A DNA stretch of 64,000 bases from Octopus vulgaris (taxonomy: Eukaryota), in the NCBI GenBank assembly GCA_951406725.2, contig OX597814.1:75578001-75642000 (forward strand), written 5' to 3'. How positions within the stretch are numbered: position 1 is the stretch's first letter; each line of letters starts with the position of its first letter. The notes below the pieces were generated by a model, which was not told the DNA's origin, searched no databases, and saw only the letters and a program-made list of their open reading frames with translations. Of the stretch, positions 1 through 12,526 are shown one piece after another. The translations under genes were made by a program, and so were the position numbers.

Positions 1-652
1 TGATTATAATACATTTATGTATTTTATGACTAAATCAAACAGCTTGCTGTAGTAAAACTTAGTTGGAAAATAAGCTATTTATCAATACTAATTTTGACAT
101 TTATGTAACAGAATGGCTTACAGAGAAAAAAGGAGAAGGAGTGCAAGGAAATTATAAAGAAAGTATGAGTAATGTCCAAACATTATTACTTTCCAACAGT
201 TAAGCTGACTACAATGATCTGCAAAAGATTCTTAACTTCTTCTTACTAACCTTATAACTTTAAATGGTTGAGAGTTATGCTACCAAGAGTAGAAAGTGTC
301 AAGAGAAACTTTAGACTTGCTACATATGAAACATGCAAGAGACATTAACTATAGCGACAATGTAGATAAATTTTCAACCATAACACTGCACTTTTCAAAT
401 AAGAACTAAGTGTCACAAAATAGAGCCTGTGTACAATGGAGAGACTTGAATGAAGATGATGATAACCAGGAAGATAGGCATGACAATGGTTCATAACAGT
501 TGTTAAAAGTTCATTGCTGCTAATTCAATAAAACTATAACAATATATAAAGATATTAGAATATACCGGGTGTTTAACACAACCAAAAGTAAATGAAACAA
601 AAAAACTTGTAAACAATGTGCTAAAAAAAAACACATATCAAGTCATGAAAAA

Positions 653-2199
653 TCATCATCATCATCATCATCATTTAGCGTCCGTTTTCCATGCTAGCAT
701 GGGTTGGACGGTTCAACTGGGGTCTGGGGAGCCCGAAGGCTGCACCAGGCCAGTCAGATCTGGCAGTGTTTCTACAGCTGGATGCCCTTCCTAACGCCAA
801 CCACTCCGAGAGTGTAGTGGGTGATTTTATGTGCCACCGACACAGGTGCCAGACGAGGCTGGCAGACGGCCACGCTCGGATGGTGTTTTTATGTGCCACC
901 GACACAGGTGCCAGATGAGGCTGGCGGACGGCCACGATCGGATGGTGTTTGTTACGTCCCCCAAGCACGGAGGCCAGTCTATGCGGTACTGGCTACGGCC
1001 ACGTTCGGATGATTTTCTTGTGTGCCACCGGCACTGGTACCACAAAGATACAAATTCCATTGATGTTCATCTATTTTGATTTGTTTTGATTTGATTCTCA
1101 CTTGCCTCAACAGGTCTTCACAAGTGTCACAAGAAGGAAGGTATGCACAGGTGGACTGACTACGTCCCAGGTAGGGGCCACGGGTTATGGCCTGACTAGT
1201 CTTGCCGGGTCTTCGGATGGTGTTTTTATGTGCCACCGACACAGGTGCCAGATGAGGCTGGCGAACGGCCACGATTGGATGGTGTTTGTTGCGTGCCCAC
1301 AGCACGGAGGCCAGTTGATGCGGTACTGGCTACGGCCACGTTCGGATGGTTTTCTTGTGTGCCACCGGCACTGGTACCACAAAGATACAAATTCCATTGA
1401 TGTTCATCTATTTTGATTTGATTTGATTTGATTTTCACTTGCCTCAACAGGTCTTCACAAGTGTCACAAGAAGGAAGGAAGGTATGCACAGGTGGACTGA
1501 CTACGTCCCAAATAGGGGCCACGGGTTATGGCCTGACTAGTCTTGCCGGGTCTTCGGTTGGTGTTTTTATGTGCCACCGACACAGGTGCCAGATGAGGCT
1601 GGCGGACGGCCACGATCGGATGGTGTTTGTTATGTGCCCACATCACAGAGGCCAGTCGATGCGGTACTGGCTACGGCCACGTTCGGATGGTTTTCTTGTG
1701 TGCCACCGGTACTGGTACCACAAAGATACAAATTCCATTGATGTTCATCTATTTTGATTTGGTTTGATTTGATTTGATTTGATTTTCACTTGCCTCAACA
1801 GGTCTACACAAGTGTCACACACTTGCCTCAACAGGTCTTCACAAGTGTCATAAGTAGGAAGGTATGCACAGGTGGACTGACTACGTCGCCGGGTCTTCGG
1901 ATGGTGTTTTTATGTGCCACCGACACAGGTGCCAGATGAGGCTGGCGAACGGCCACGATCGGATGGTTTTCTTGTGTGCCACCGGTACCGGAACCACAAA
2001 GATACAAATTCCATTGATGTTCATCTATTTTGATTTGGTTTGATTTTTGATTTTCACTTGCCTCAACAGGTCTTCACAAGTGTCACACGTGTCACACACT
2101 TGCCTCAACAGGTCTCCACAAGTGTCACACACTTGCCTCTGCCTCAACAGGTCTTCACAAGTGTCACACACTTGCCTCAACAGGTCTTCACAAGTGTCA
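653..2199 (-). mobile_element. RTE-type LINE/SINE 3' end with (GAT)n tail, tandemly amplified at its 5' side
   Basis: (CAT)n at 653-673 is followed by the reverse complement of the tail also seen at 17454-17609 and 25745-25871 (..GGAGTGGTTGGCGTTAGGAAGGGCATCCAGCTGTAGAAAC..CCAACCCATGCTAGCATGGAAAACGGACG-TAAA-GATGATG). The repeat unit includes GAAGACCTGTTGAGGCAAGTGA, similar to the last codons of the LINE fragment near 35400. Confidence 0.8.
878..2199. repeat. Tandem array of ~340-bp units ending in ~33-bp sub-repeats
   Basis: The anchor CACAAAGATACAAATTCCATTGATGTTCATC recurs at 1041, 1378, 1719 and 1995 (periods 337, 341, 276). CACTTGCCTCAACAGGTCTTCACAAGTGTCA is repeated several times over ~2056-2199. 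Confidence 0.95.
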
Positions 2200-2240
2200 T
2201 TTAAACAGAAGTCAATAGTTAATTATTTTTTTCAACAAAC

Positions 2241-2716
2241 ACAGATGTGGCTAATGTGGTAAGAAGCTTGCTTCCCAACCACATGTTTCCAAGTTCAATC
2301 CCACTGCGTGGCTCCTTGGGCAAGTGTCTTCTAAAATAACCTCAGGTCAACGAAAGCCTTGAGTGAATTTGGTAGATGGAAACAAAAAGAAGCCTACTGT
2401 GTATATATCATTTAATGCCCATTTTCCATGCTGGCATGGATTGGATGGTTTGACAGGAGCTGGCCAGACTAACAATTGTTTTTTGTGATGCATGTGTGTG
2501 TGACTTTGTATCTGTGTTTGTCCTCCATCACTGCTTGACAAGCGATCTTGATGCATTAACGCCACTGTAATCTAGTGGTTTGGCAAAAGAGATTGATAGA
2601 ATAAGTAGCTGTCTTTAAAAAAGGAAAAAGGTACTAGGGTCAATTCATTTGACTAAAAAATTTTCAAAGCAGTGCCTCAGCATGGCCACAGTCTAATGAC
2701 TGAAAAGATAAAAATA
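2241..2716 (+). mobile_element. tRNA-derived SINE (family A) with a nested opposite-strand RTE-tail fragment at ~2408-2470
   Basis: A-box-like TGGCTAATGTGG and B-box-like AAGTTCAATCCC, body CCTTGGGCAAGTGTCTTCT..GGAAAC..AAGAAGCC, (TG) tract, tail ..CAGCATGGCCACAGTCTAATGACTGAAA. Homologous to several other copies in the window. Confidence 0.85.
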
Positions 2717-3179
2717 AAGTAGTGTATAATAATATAACAAATTTTAAGAATGTGGCGGGGGTGGGGGTTGAATTGAAGTTGTACAGAGTTGATCAGAGAA
2801 ACTAGCTGTGGGATAAGTATTTATCTTCTGCAGAAGATAGTAGTACTTTAGAAACTCTACCAAAAGATTAGCAGTTCAGATACGATTTCAACATAACAGG
2901 AAAAGATGCTTTTATTTTTTGTATACACACAAGGATACTACTTTTAAGAGGTGGAAGGGAAATGAGCTCATGTGACTGTTCTATTCTGAAGGATATTTGT
3001 CAGGTAAGAAAAGAGAATCTGTAACTAGGAATCAAAACAGTGTTGTTGACTTCACTTGCCTGGAGCCTGTCATTCCACAATGGTAAAATCACAACACAGT
3101 ATAAAAGAAATAGACTAAAATATCAATAAAAGTCATATGTAAATTCTACTCAGTATAGATTAAGAATTTAAAATAGAAA

Positions 3180-3239
3180 GATTTAAATGATCAATAAAAG
3201 GAGTTCATTTATGAACTCCTTTTATTGATTATTTAAATC
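3180..3239. repeat. Near-perfect inverted repeat (29-bp arms, 1 mismatch)
   Basis: GATTTAAATGATCAATAAAAGGAGTTCAT-TT-ATGAACTCCTTTTATTGATTATTTAAATC. Confidence 0.9.
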
Positions 3240-6149
3240 ATAAAATGTTGGCAAAAAGGTAGATAAAAGATAAACTTTTTAAGCAGTTATGTATAAATGT
3301 TAGTACTTCTTTATAAATCATTGGTAATAGGTTTCTAAAGTGATGGATATACTCATAGACCAGATTCCAAAGTATTAAGAAACCCATTTCCCAAAGTAGC
3401 TGCCTGAATATAGAAATCAGTAATTATGAGGACAGCACACAAGACTACTAAACAAGATAAATTGGAATATAACCAAATTTACGAAAATGTACAAAATTAA
3501 AGGAAGGCATCTCTGAATTTCAACAGATCTAAAGATAACCTACTTTGAATATTATTATTGTAGTTATAGTGAGAAAGAGTGAAAGAGAAAACAAGAAACA
3601 GAAGAATGGAAAACAAAAGAATAGTGAGTGTATGTTTCTCCTTTACAGACACAATTCCAGAGTAAATAAGTTACAAAGTGTTCTATAAATGATAAATGTC
3701 TTTACATAAGGAAATAAAAAGTTTAAACTTAAATAAATAAATGGACGATAAAAATATAGATACATTTTTACCCCCAAGAAAGAAGCAATGTTTTAAAATC
3801 TATATTTAAAAGGGAAAAAAGAGAGAAAAGCACTGAATAAATGAAACCCAACTAGTTTAGTCTATCTTAAAGTTACCTTTCTGTGCTTCTGTATACAGTA
3901 TAGATCAATAATAAAATAGTCATGAGCAATTGAAAACACTTGCTGTGACTTATTTTCTATAAGATTTTAACAATAGAAATAGCTTTCATTACTCAGTGAC
4001 ATAATATAGATAGAACGATCACTCAGAAACACTGCCTGAAGTTATAAAAATCTTGTGTCTAAGAATGATTCAAATGAGGCAAATGCTACAAAAAATTCTA
4101 TATGAAGGGGAAGAATAAGTTACTATTTCAGTTACAAAACTTATCATTCATTATTGCCAGTTGTAAAATGAATAGAAATCCATTAGCTTACTTTTATTGT
4201 GATATGAATTCATACTAATATGAGTAGTGTAATAAACTTTTATCTTGTATTGAAACTCTAAATTATTAACATTTCAGATCTAAAGCTTAAGTTTTTCACA
4301 ATTGTTCATCTGCAGAAGATGATGGGCAACATTTTCTGTTCTTCTTGGAAGAATAATAGGAATTAACACAGAGTTAACTTTTGCTTTGAACCTTATATAG
4401 TACATCACTAAAAGGATGAAATTACTATAAAATACCTGAATGAATATCTTTTTTTTTCTTTCTTTCTTTTCCTTTTTTTCTTAAATATCATTGCTGCCAA
4501 AGAGAGGCTAATGGGTGGATTCAATGCCAACACAATATTAGCCAGGATTTTGTATTCAATGGGAGGCTTAATGCATCCTCTCAGTTCTGCTTAGTACTTC
4601 ATTTACACATTATTGGAAAGTAAGTTTTAGCCTACTTAAACAACTTCACAAAAATATAACCTATTTATTTCTTAAGTCATTAGTTCCAGTACTGAATAGC
4701 AAATTTCTTTATAGGCTGGAGATAGTTTCCTTTTTAAATAAATATAATGTAACATCCACTGTTCATGTAGAAATCAATCAATAAAACAACATGGGAAAAG
4801 GGGGTTAACTACATAAGCTAACAGGAGAAAGAGAAGTGGAGAGATCTGCTAACCTAGCACTACTTAAGTTGAACACTACTGGAATTACATTAACAGATCT
4901 CAACTCTGAATTAGTAAAGTTCAAAAATCAATTCTTTAAAGACTACAGCTTTTTTATATTAGGCCACATTACCATTTTAATATGTTCTTTCTTTTTCTTC
5001 CCCTCTCTATCTATCAACTACTTCAGTCTATATATATGTAAAGTTGATATAATTCTGTTCAACATAACTACCACTAATTATTCCCAAGTCTGTAATTCTC
5101 ATGTTACAGTGTAAATACTTGCTTCTCTGACAGTAGACATTCCCTTATTAAAGTACACTTTTATGGTTTGCTTTCACTGAATTGAAACAAAATGTATTTG
5201 CATAGCAACAACTATTTTAATTGATTACAATAACAAATGACTACAGCACTAAACTACTACTTTTACAGCAATAATACAGATGACAGTAGTTACAACAAAC
5301 ACAAAGCAGCATAATCACAGTTCTTGTAATTTTCCCTAACTTTACAATCAAGAAAGTGTATCTGAAATCAATCAAGTCAACTTTATGAAATGGTTTTGGA
5401 TTGAGGTTAGCATCTTAATTATTTTTAAAAGGGGGGAGGGGGATAAAAAAAAAACTGTGGGGAAAAAAAGATGAATTAAAAGGAAATTAATAACTTACCT
5501 GGAAGCAAATTTCATTAACCAATTAGTTGGAATTTATTCCAGGATAAAATCTGAAAAGATTAAATTACATCTATTTTATAATAGAGAAAGCTGCTTATTA
5601 ATTAGGTATATAACAGTTACTAAGAGTGCTAAAAGAAAGCAATAATTAAAGGCTTGACCATCTAGAAATTAAAAAAAAATTCATGTCCCTGAAATTTCAT
5701 ATAATTTCGATTTCTAAACTTTATTGGATTTTTGAACTCCAATTTCTGACAAATTTAAATATTCGTTGCATTCGCTGCAGAGTATTCTATTTTCATTTGC
5801 AAACCTCTCACTTTCTGTTTCAATGTTTTCATTTCAAGTTTTAATTCACTATTTGGAAAACTTACAGTTTATTCTATTGATGTATACGGAATGTAAAAAC
5901 ACTATTTATTGAATGGAAATTTGTTTTGTAAAAAAACTTTAGAAGTGATTTTGTTGTTATGGCTGTTTGGAACACTATAAGCCTTGCAATAATAACTATC
6001 TGGACCGATTCTGACCATTTTCTTTTTTAACTTAAAAACCATAGGAGGAGCCTTTTTGATAAACAAAAAACAAAAAAAATGTAAATATTTTCAGAGGAAA
6101 AAATGAACAATTCAAGGGAGGTTTCACTGTTGTTTCTAGCACAACCCAA

Positions 6150-6563
6150 ACCACCCTCCACTTTCACATGTAAAGATGACCCCCACCTACCCCATCATTT
6201 CAAAGGCTGTGGTTTAAAAAAGATGGGGGTAAATCCCACCACCACCAACAAATTTCCCCCACAAATTTCTTTATAATCATAATCTATGCCATTTGAAAGG
6301 GATTTGTATAAACTTTCATTAAAAGAAAACCATTGTCATGAAAGTTATGAGGAGAAAATGTCGGATTGTGTGAATTTTCCGAAACTCCTCTCACCACTCC
6401 GTCAGAAAAATTCTTTCCCATAAATCCCTTTATACTCTGAAACAACAATATCTTAGCGCAACTTGTAGAAAATTTTGTTTAAAAATATCCATTTTTTGGA
6501 TGTTATGAGGCAACAAAGTCAGGGGTGTATACATCTGTAGTAATGCCCTTTTATTTATATGAT
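6150..6563 (-). mobile_element. Degenerate non-autonomous Helitron-like element
   Basis: Ends in TTTTATTTATATGAT (minus-strand 5' ATCATATAAATAAAA) and has internal repeated motifs ending in AGTTATGAGG/TGTTATGAGG. No clear 3' CTAG end was found. Confidence 0.3.
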
Positions 6564-7351
6564 TTTTTCATTTCATGTTTATTTCATTCATTGTTTGCAA
6601 TGTTCTCTCTCGCACACACTGCAAAGCTTACAGATGGGTTGCTGAACTGAAACCTCTATGTTGCTTTGAGGGGAAAGTAAAACTTGACAAATGGCTTCTC
6701 CCTCCTGTTGGACTATCGTGAGGTTTGTTTAAAAAAAGAGAGATTATGACTGTGATAAAATAATGAAAGCAATATTTACTTAGTAAGTGAGCACTATTAT
6801 ACAAAGAAATAATTAGATGTAAAATATCATAAAAATTATTAGAACTGGGAATCAAATGTGAAAATATTATCAAGTGTCTAGCAGAAAACCGCCTGGAGGG
6901 CAGTCTTTCTGCTAGTATATATAAATATATAAACATACATATATGACTGCGTTTAAAAACAATTACATATACAGACATACACGCACACATCTTATTCACA
7001 TTAAAATATACATGAAGAAAATTCCCATTACATCTATTAACTTCTTAACTTCAGGGTGGCAGTTTATATAATACCAATAACATAGCCTTCACAACTAACG
7101 CTTCCAACATAATTATATTACCAGATAAACAATTAACTGTTTGTTATTGTGATTTTATAATTACAATAACTTTTTTCCCTTTAAATTCCTCATCTATAAG
7201 AATTATAGTAAAATTTGATCCTTCTTGGAGCTCTTAGTTTACAAATAATTGCAAATAATTACAAATAATTGCATCAATAGGATCCTGTCAAATTGCAGAA
7301 TTAACCTTATACAAGATAAAATTCAGAAATTATGGTCAGCTATTAATTTAA

Positions 7352-7571
7352 CCCTTTAGCATTTAAACCAACCATATCTGGGCAAAATATTCTGCCTGCT
7401 TTATATTCAAACTGGCCAGATCCAACATCTCACACTTACTCTACAATGGCACTCTAAAAATAAACAGTCACATTATCAAAATTTCAAAGCAACAAGATAA
7501 TGCATAATTAATTCAAAACAATGTGAATAATTAAGCATTAGATTTGACAGAGAAATCTGTATATTAAAGGG
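7352..7571. mobile_element. piggyBac-type MITE (family P1)
   Basis: TTAA|CCCTTTAGCATT ... ATATTAAAGGG ends; internal sequence homologous to the copies at 12331, 14129, 27798 and 49401. Confidence 0.8.
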
Positions 7572-8961
7572 CTGAAAAAATATCTAAATGATATTATAGT
7601 TACTATCTCCTAGGCCTTAAAAGAACCAATCCTACACAGTTAAATGTAAGTAGAAAGTTAACCCAACAGTAAGAGTCCCATAGTTTAATATACTAAGTAT
7701 GACCTTGAGCAGGGTGTTTGATTGGCTACTTGTCATATCTAGCCAGAGCTTAGTGTGGCAGTTCAACAAGATCACTAGAGATTCTAAAGAATTTTTTTTT
7801 CTTAAACCCACACAAATTAGCCATGTAATTTAACATATTATATTATGTCAGTGGATGAGGAGTGGGATTTTCAAAACATTTATTTGTAATCAAAATCTCT
7901 GAAGACAAAACATCAAATTCTTGAAACTGTTAGTGAAAGGGAAGAAAAAGTCATAAAAACAAAGCACACAACTAGGATAGAGTTCATTATTTGTGTTTTA
8001 GAGTTCTTATTTTAGTAAATAAAGGAAAGACAACTTAGTTTATACATTCTCCTATTACTACTGGTCCCAATTATAATATTCATCATCTTATATGTAAAAA
8101 TGTATGAAAGCAAAAATCAGTATTATGCAACTAGGTCTGTTTAAAGGGATTTTGATACTGAATTTGCATGTATGGCTAAAACAAACTAGGCAGCACACTA
8201 ATTCACATAAGCTGTTTGCTGCAAGAACCTTATTAAGTGAACTCCTTAGGCTAATTTATAATGGAATCAGTTCTAAAAGGAATTTTGGGAGGATTTTTCA
8301 CTTTATAATGTCCTTGTTGCTTTGACCTATACCCAAATATTTATAGGAATTACAGTGATTCAATATAAGAAAAACAGCAGTCCCCCATTCCCCCAACTTC
8401 AAACAATTTTGCTCAGCTAATAACATCTGGATCAAACAGAAATTACATACAATGTTCTTTTATGTTAAGTGAATGCAGATTTTTTTCCTCACAATTAAAC
8501 TGTAAAATATTGAAAAAGATTACAAATATACCACCATTATAATACAGGTCTCTGTTTCCTAATGACATAAACCTAAAAGGATTCAAAGAGCAAGTTATCT
8601 TTCCATCAATGCACATCTATTGAGAACTATGTAAGTATGATTAAATAAAAGTAAAGAATACATTGCAATGAACTTCTTGAGTGACCTCTACAAGACCACA
8701 GTGGATTTCATTTTGATCAGAGACTTGTATGTATTTCACAAGAAACCCTGCTCTCTTTCATTTCAATTAAGCCAGCTCAAGTTATTACCACTCAAAAAAA
8801 TTTCCCTGTTAGGAAACATTTCTTTTTTTGTTTTAATGAGATTGCATATGGCTTTTGTTTACAGGTATACATAGAAATACAAGTATTACATTGATGTGGT
8901 TTAGTACAGTATTAGTTGCTACTTATCTAAACAAGTGCATTGAGAAGTTTTCTAAGGGCCA

Positions 8962-9096
8962 TGTATCCATCAATCTGGGAGCCAGTTGATTAGATCAACC
9001 CCAGTACACAACTGATACTTAATTTATTGACCCCGAAAAGACAAAAGGCAATGTCAATCTCGGCAGAATTTAAACTCAGAACGTAAAGACAGACAG
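8962..9096 (-). mobile_element. SINE family B fragment
   Basis: The reverse complement matches the 56341-56555 element (CTGAGTT-AAATTC..TTGCCTTT..TTCGGGGTC-ATAAATTAAGTA-CAGTT). Confidence 0.7.
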
Positions 9097-9273
9097 TTGT
9101 AATATACAAACATTTCTCATGGCACCAATACACTGTTTACAGGTGCTTTTCACGGGTCCAGCTAGTATATATTATTTTATAAGCTTAAAGCTTATAGCAG
9201 TCACTGCACAATGACTCAAGAAAATAGTCTAATAATGGGGCATATAAGCTCTTGACAGAAAAAAGCAGGTTTT

Positions 9274-9347
9274 CCTGTACATGTAGGACTTGAACCCACA
9301 CCTCTCTGTTTATGCGACTGAGTGTGCTACTGATTATACTAGTGAAT
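9274..9347 (-). pseudogene. tRNA-Met(CAT)-like pseudogene or tRNA-derived head with a downstream T6 run
   Basis: The minus strand reads ATTCACTAGTATAATCAGTAGCACACTCAGTCGCATAAACAGAGAGGTGTGGGTTCAAGTCCTACATGTACAGG: A-box-like segment, 7-nt loop CG-CAT-AA, B-box GGTTCAAGTCC, then TTTTTT at 9259-9264. The acceptor stem is poorly paired. Confidence 0.55.
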
Positions 9348-9461
9348 CTACCTACTTTTTCGGTCAGATTTTAGAACTATAATTAGTTTGTAGTTGCTTT
9401 TGTAAATAAACTTTCATGTGCTTTTTTACTGTGAATGGTTTTGTTAAGCAGTGCCAATTTT

Positions 9462-9466
9462 TTATA

Positions 9467-9561
<95 letters not shown>
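9462..9561. repeat. Compound (TA)n(CA)n(TA)n microsatellite
   Basis: Read directly from the sequence. Confidence 0.95.
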
Positions 9562-9565
<4 letters not shown>

Positions 9566-10310
9566 GATGGGTGAATTGTCACCACTTTATATTTTTAATT
9601 TCGTCCATGTGCATTGTTTGTTTTTGATTTTGTCAACTACACAGTATTGTAGGGTGAGTTGGGCACCATCTGTGAGAAAAACAGCACCATGATGCAATTC
9701 ACTCTGCCAGAAATTTGAAAACAACATGCTGTACTGTTTGGCATTTGTGCAGGAAGCTCCAATACGAACAGATAATGAACATACAGAACAACCGTTGGCT
9801 TGCATTGTCCCCAAAACATGTACTGAGAGTGATAAAAATCAAACATCCAGTCAACATCATAGTGTTTAGAGTGATCATTTGTGATGGCGATGTTATGCCT
9901 CCATCTTCCCACACAATCTCAGACTTAACACAGTGGCCTACATCAAGTACCTGGAGGAGGTAGTGCTGCCCTGGGTCAAGAGGGTGGCTGCTGGAAGCTC
10001 CTATGTCTGGTAACAGGACTTTGTACCATGCCACACAAGCAGGTGAACCCAGTCATGGCTGTCAGACAATATCTACAACCACATCATTCCTAACATCTGA
10101 CCACCTAACTCTCCAGACTGCAACCACCTTGATTATTATGTGTGGGGTGCAGTTGAATGAGAGACCAACAAAACTCGTTGTAACACTGAAGATGAACTGA
10201 AGGCAAGGATTATAAAAGGAGGATGCCACAAGAGTTGCAGAAAATTCCAAAGTTATCTGGGGCCATGGTTGAAGCCAATGGCTATTTTATTGAATAAATT
10301 TACTCTTTAC
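9562..10310 (+). mobile_element. Internally deleted Tc1/mariner-superfamily DD37D (maT-type) transposon remnant
   Basis: Translation gives ..KHPVNIIVFRVIICDGDVMPP / ..YLEEVVLPWVKRVAAGSSYVW*QDFVPCHTSR*TQSWLSDNIYNHIIPNI*PPNSPDCNHLDYYVWGAVE*ETNK.., with exactly 37 residues between the 2nd and 3rd catalytic D. Stops and frameshifts are present. Confidence 0.85.
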
Positions 10311-11594
10311 TTTATAGTTCATACTTTTCTCTCCCCAGTTTAATTTTTTTTTTATTCTTTTATTTGTTTCAGGCTGACTATACTGGAGCATTGCCTTCAA
10401 GAATTTTACTTTATCATATTGACCCAATCCTTATTTCAGACTGCTATTTATTTTATTGAATGACTGATTTATGCCTTTTGGAACAGCAACAGTTACACAC
10501 ACACATATGCAACATGGGCTTTCATACAGCTCCCTTCAATCATACAGTTCCTTTCAATCAAATTCCACCCATTCTTTTCTTTCTTACAATAGAGGCACAC
10601 TTATCCAAAATACCACACAGTGGGATTGTACCACAAGGTTGCAAAGCAACTTTTTCGACCCCACACCTACAGTAGTTTTTCTCAGACCAGCATAGCAAAA
10701 AGGTTTTCTGTCCAAACTAAAGTTTGGAAAGAGCAACAGGATGAAAAAGTCACAGTAAATAGAAATATTAAAGTGTTTAAGAAACTTAGAGACGGAATGA
10801 TAGGGGGTGAAAAATTGGAAATTGAAGCAAGAACAATTTTTTTATAACTCCATGTTAAATATAAATAATTGTATGATTAACATAATTGCTAGAGTTCACA
10901 AAAATATTTTTACATTCTGTCTAGAACACCAACAATTTTAACTCTAGTATATTATAGTTATAAATATAAATGAGGTGGCAAGATAGTAATAAAATCAACC
11001 AATTTTTGACAGTTAGTGTGACATTTACAATGTCAGTCATGCTTTACTTTTGAATATTTTTTTTTTTAAAGAACAGGTTATTATATGGTTAGGGAGATCA
11101 AGACACAGAACAGCTTTAATTTTTACATTAAAAATAGCTGTCAAGGGGCAAGTTTAAATAGCCTGCATATTTAAAAAAAAAATACAAATGAAGAGAATAT
11201 ATGATGGAACAATGAATACCAAGTTTGGTAGTAAAAACATCTTACAGTAGGAAACAGGATACAGGTTTTGAAAGATGGTAAATTTAGGAATTTACATAGT
11301 CATCAATAAATTGAGTAACTGTATCTCCAAAAAAGTCGTATATCCACTGGGCATATATATTTTAGATGTCTAGGTTCTCTGGTTTCTTTCAGTGAATATG
11401 CCCTATATGGTATAGTGATTGCTACAAATAAATTTGCTTAGTTTTGTATTACAATGAGTTAAAAATAGTTTCTAAGTCAAATTTGAAAGTGTTTTTCTGA
11501 AATATGACTATTCAGTTTATTAGCAATATGTTTTGTATTCAGAATATTCATGCAGCATAAAACCTATTTGAAGTATCATTATAAATGAAATCTT

Positions 11595-12007
11595 TTTGTT
11601 TCAATCATCTGACTTCAGCCATGCTGGAGAACCACCTTGAAGGGTCTTTAGCCACACAAGTTGACACCAAGACTTACTTTTTTAAGCCTAGTATTTATTC
11701 TGTCGGTCTCTTTTGCAAAATCACTAAGTTACAGAGATGTAAACACACCGACAACAGTTGTCAAATGGTGATGGGGGACAAACACATGCGCGCGCACACA
11801 CACACATACATACATACATACATACACACAGCCACATATATATATGATGGGCTTCTTTCAGTTTCCATCTACCAAATCCATTCACAAGGCTTAGATTGGC
11901 TTGAGGCTATAGTAGAAGATACTTGCCCAAGGTACCACACAGTGGAACTGAACCTGGTACCATGTAGTTGGGAAGCAAGCTTCTTACCACACAGCCATGC
12001 CTGTGCC
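11595..12007 (-). mobile_element. tRNA-derived SINE (family A), near full length
   Basis: Reverse complement of the 2241-2716 type: head ..GGCATGGCTGTGTGGTAAGAAGCTTGCTTCCCAAC, central (CA)/(TACA) tract, tail. Confidence 0.85.
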
Positions 12008-12330
12008 TATGTCAACAGTTTTTAGGTAAATATTCTAAAGAAAACAGAGTGAAGTATTTACATTCAAAAGCTAACAGAATTTGAGTAGATATGTAGATAT
12101 TCTAACAAGGAGGCCAACATCTATATTAATTTCCTTAATGTGATTTCCTGATTTCTAAACATTAACCACTTTTCAAGGAAAAAAAAAACACATCAACAAC
12201 TAAAACATATTAAAAATGAAACTGAGGTGAATTGTGCAGAAATTAATTATTGAAATAAAAAAAACTAAAATGCGATTAGTATCCACTACAAGTCTCATTA
12301 GAAATATGAATATCTATGTTGTAGGATTAA

Positions 12331-12526
12331 CTCTTTAGCTTTCAGATTACTCTTATTATTTTGAATTAATCATGCATTATCTCACACCATTGAGATTTCA
12401 ATGATGTGATTCTTTTATTTTTAGAATGGCAGTGTAGGATATGTGTGAGAGGCCACAACTGGCTAGTTTGAGTATAAAACAGGTAGAATATTTGAGCCAA
12501 ATATGGCCAGAGTGAATTCTAAAGGG
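12331..12526. mobile_element. piggyBac-type MITE (family P1)
   Basis: TTAA|CTCTTTAGC ... TTCTAAAGGG|TTAA. Confidence 0.8.

Noticed and set aside
2050-2199. Short direct repeats resembling a CRISPR array (also the 66-bp units at 25541-25745)
   Set aside because: There are no unique spacers and no cas genes, and the context is eukaryotic retroelement sequence.
675-2262. Cluster of overlapping ORFs with repeated HRH/CRWH motifs
   Set aside because: They arise from the GC-richer tandem repeat, occur on both strands and in several frames, and show no protein-family signature.
6585-6725. Minus-strand Cys-rich peptide ..QPICKLCSVCEREHCKQ* resembling a transposase C-terminal zinc finger
   Set aside because: Too short, with no linked catalytic domain or TIRs; cannot be supported without a search.
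9364-9585. ORFs with YIYIYI/CVCVCV runs (also at 26454, 28900, 31975, 51026 and 53934)
   Set aside because: These are translations of (TA)n/(TG)n microsatellites.
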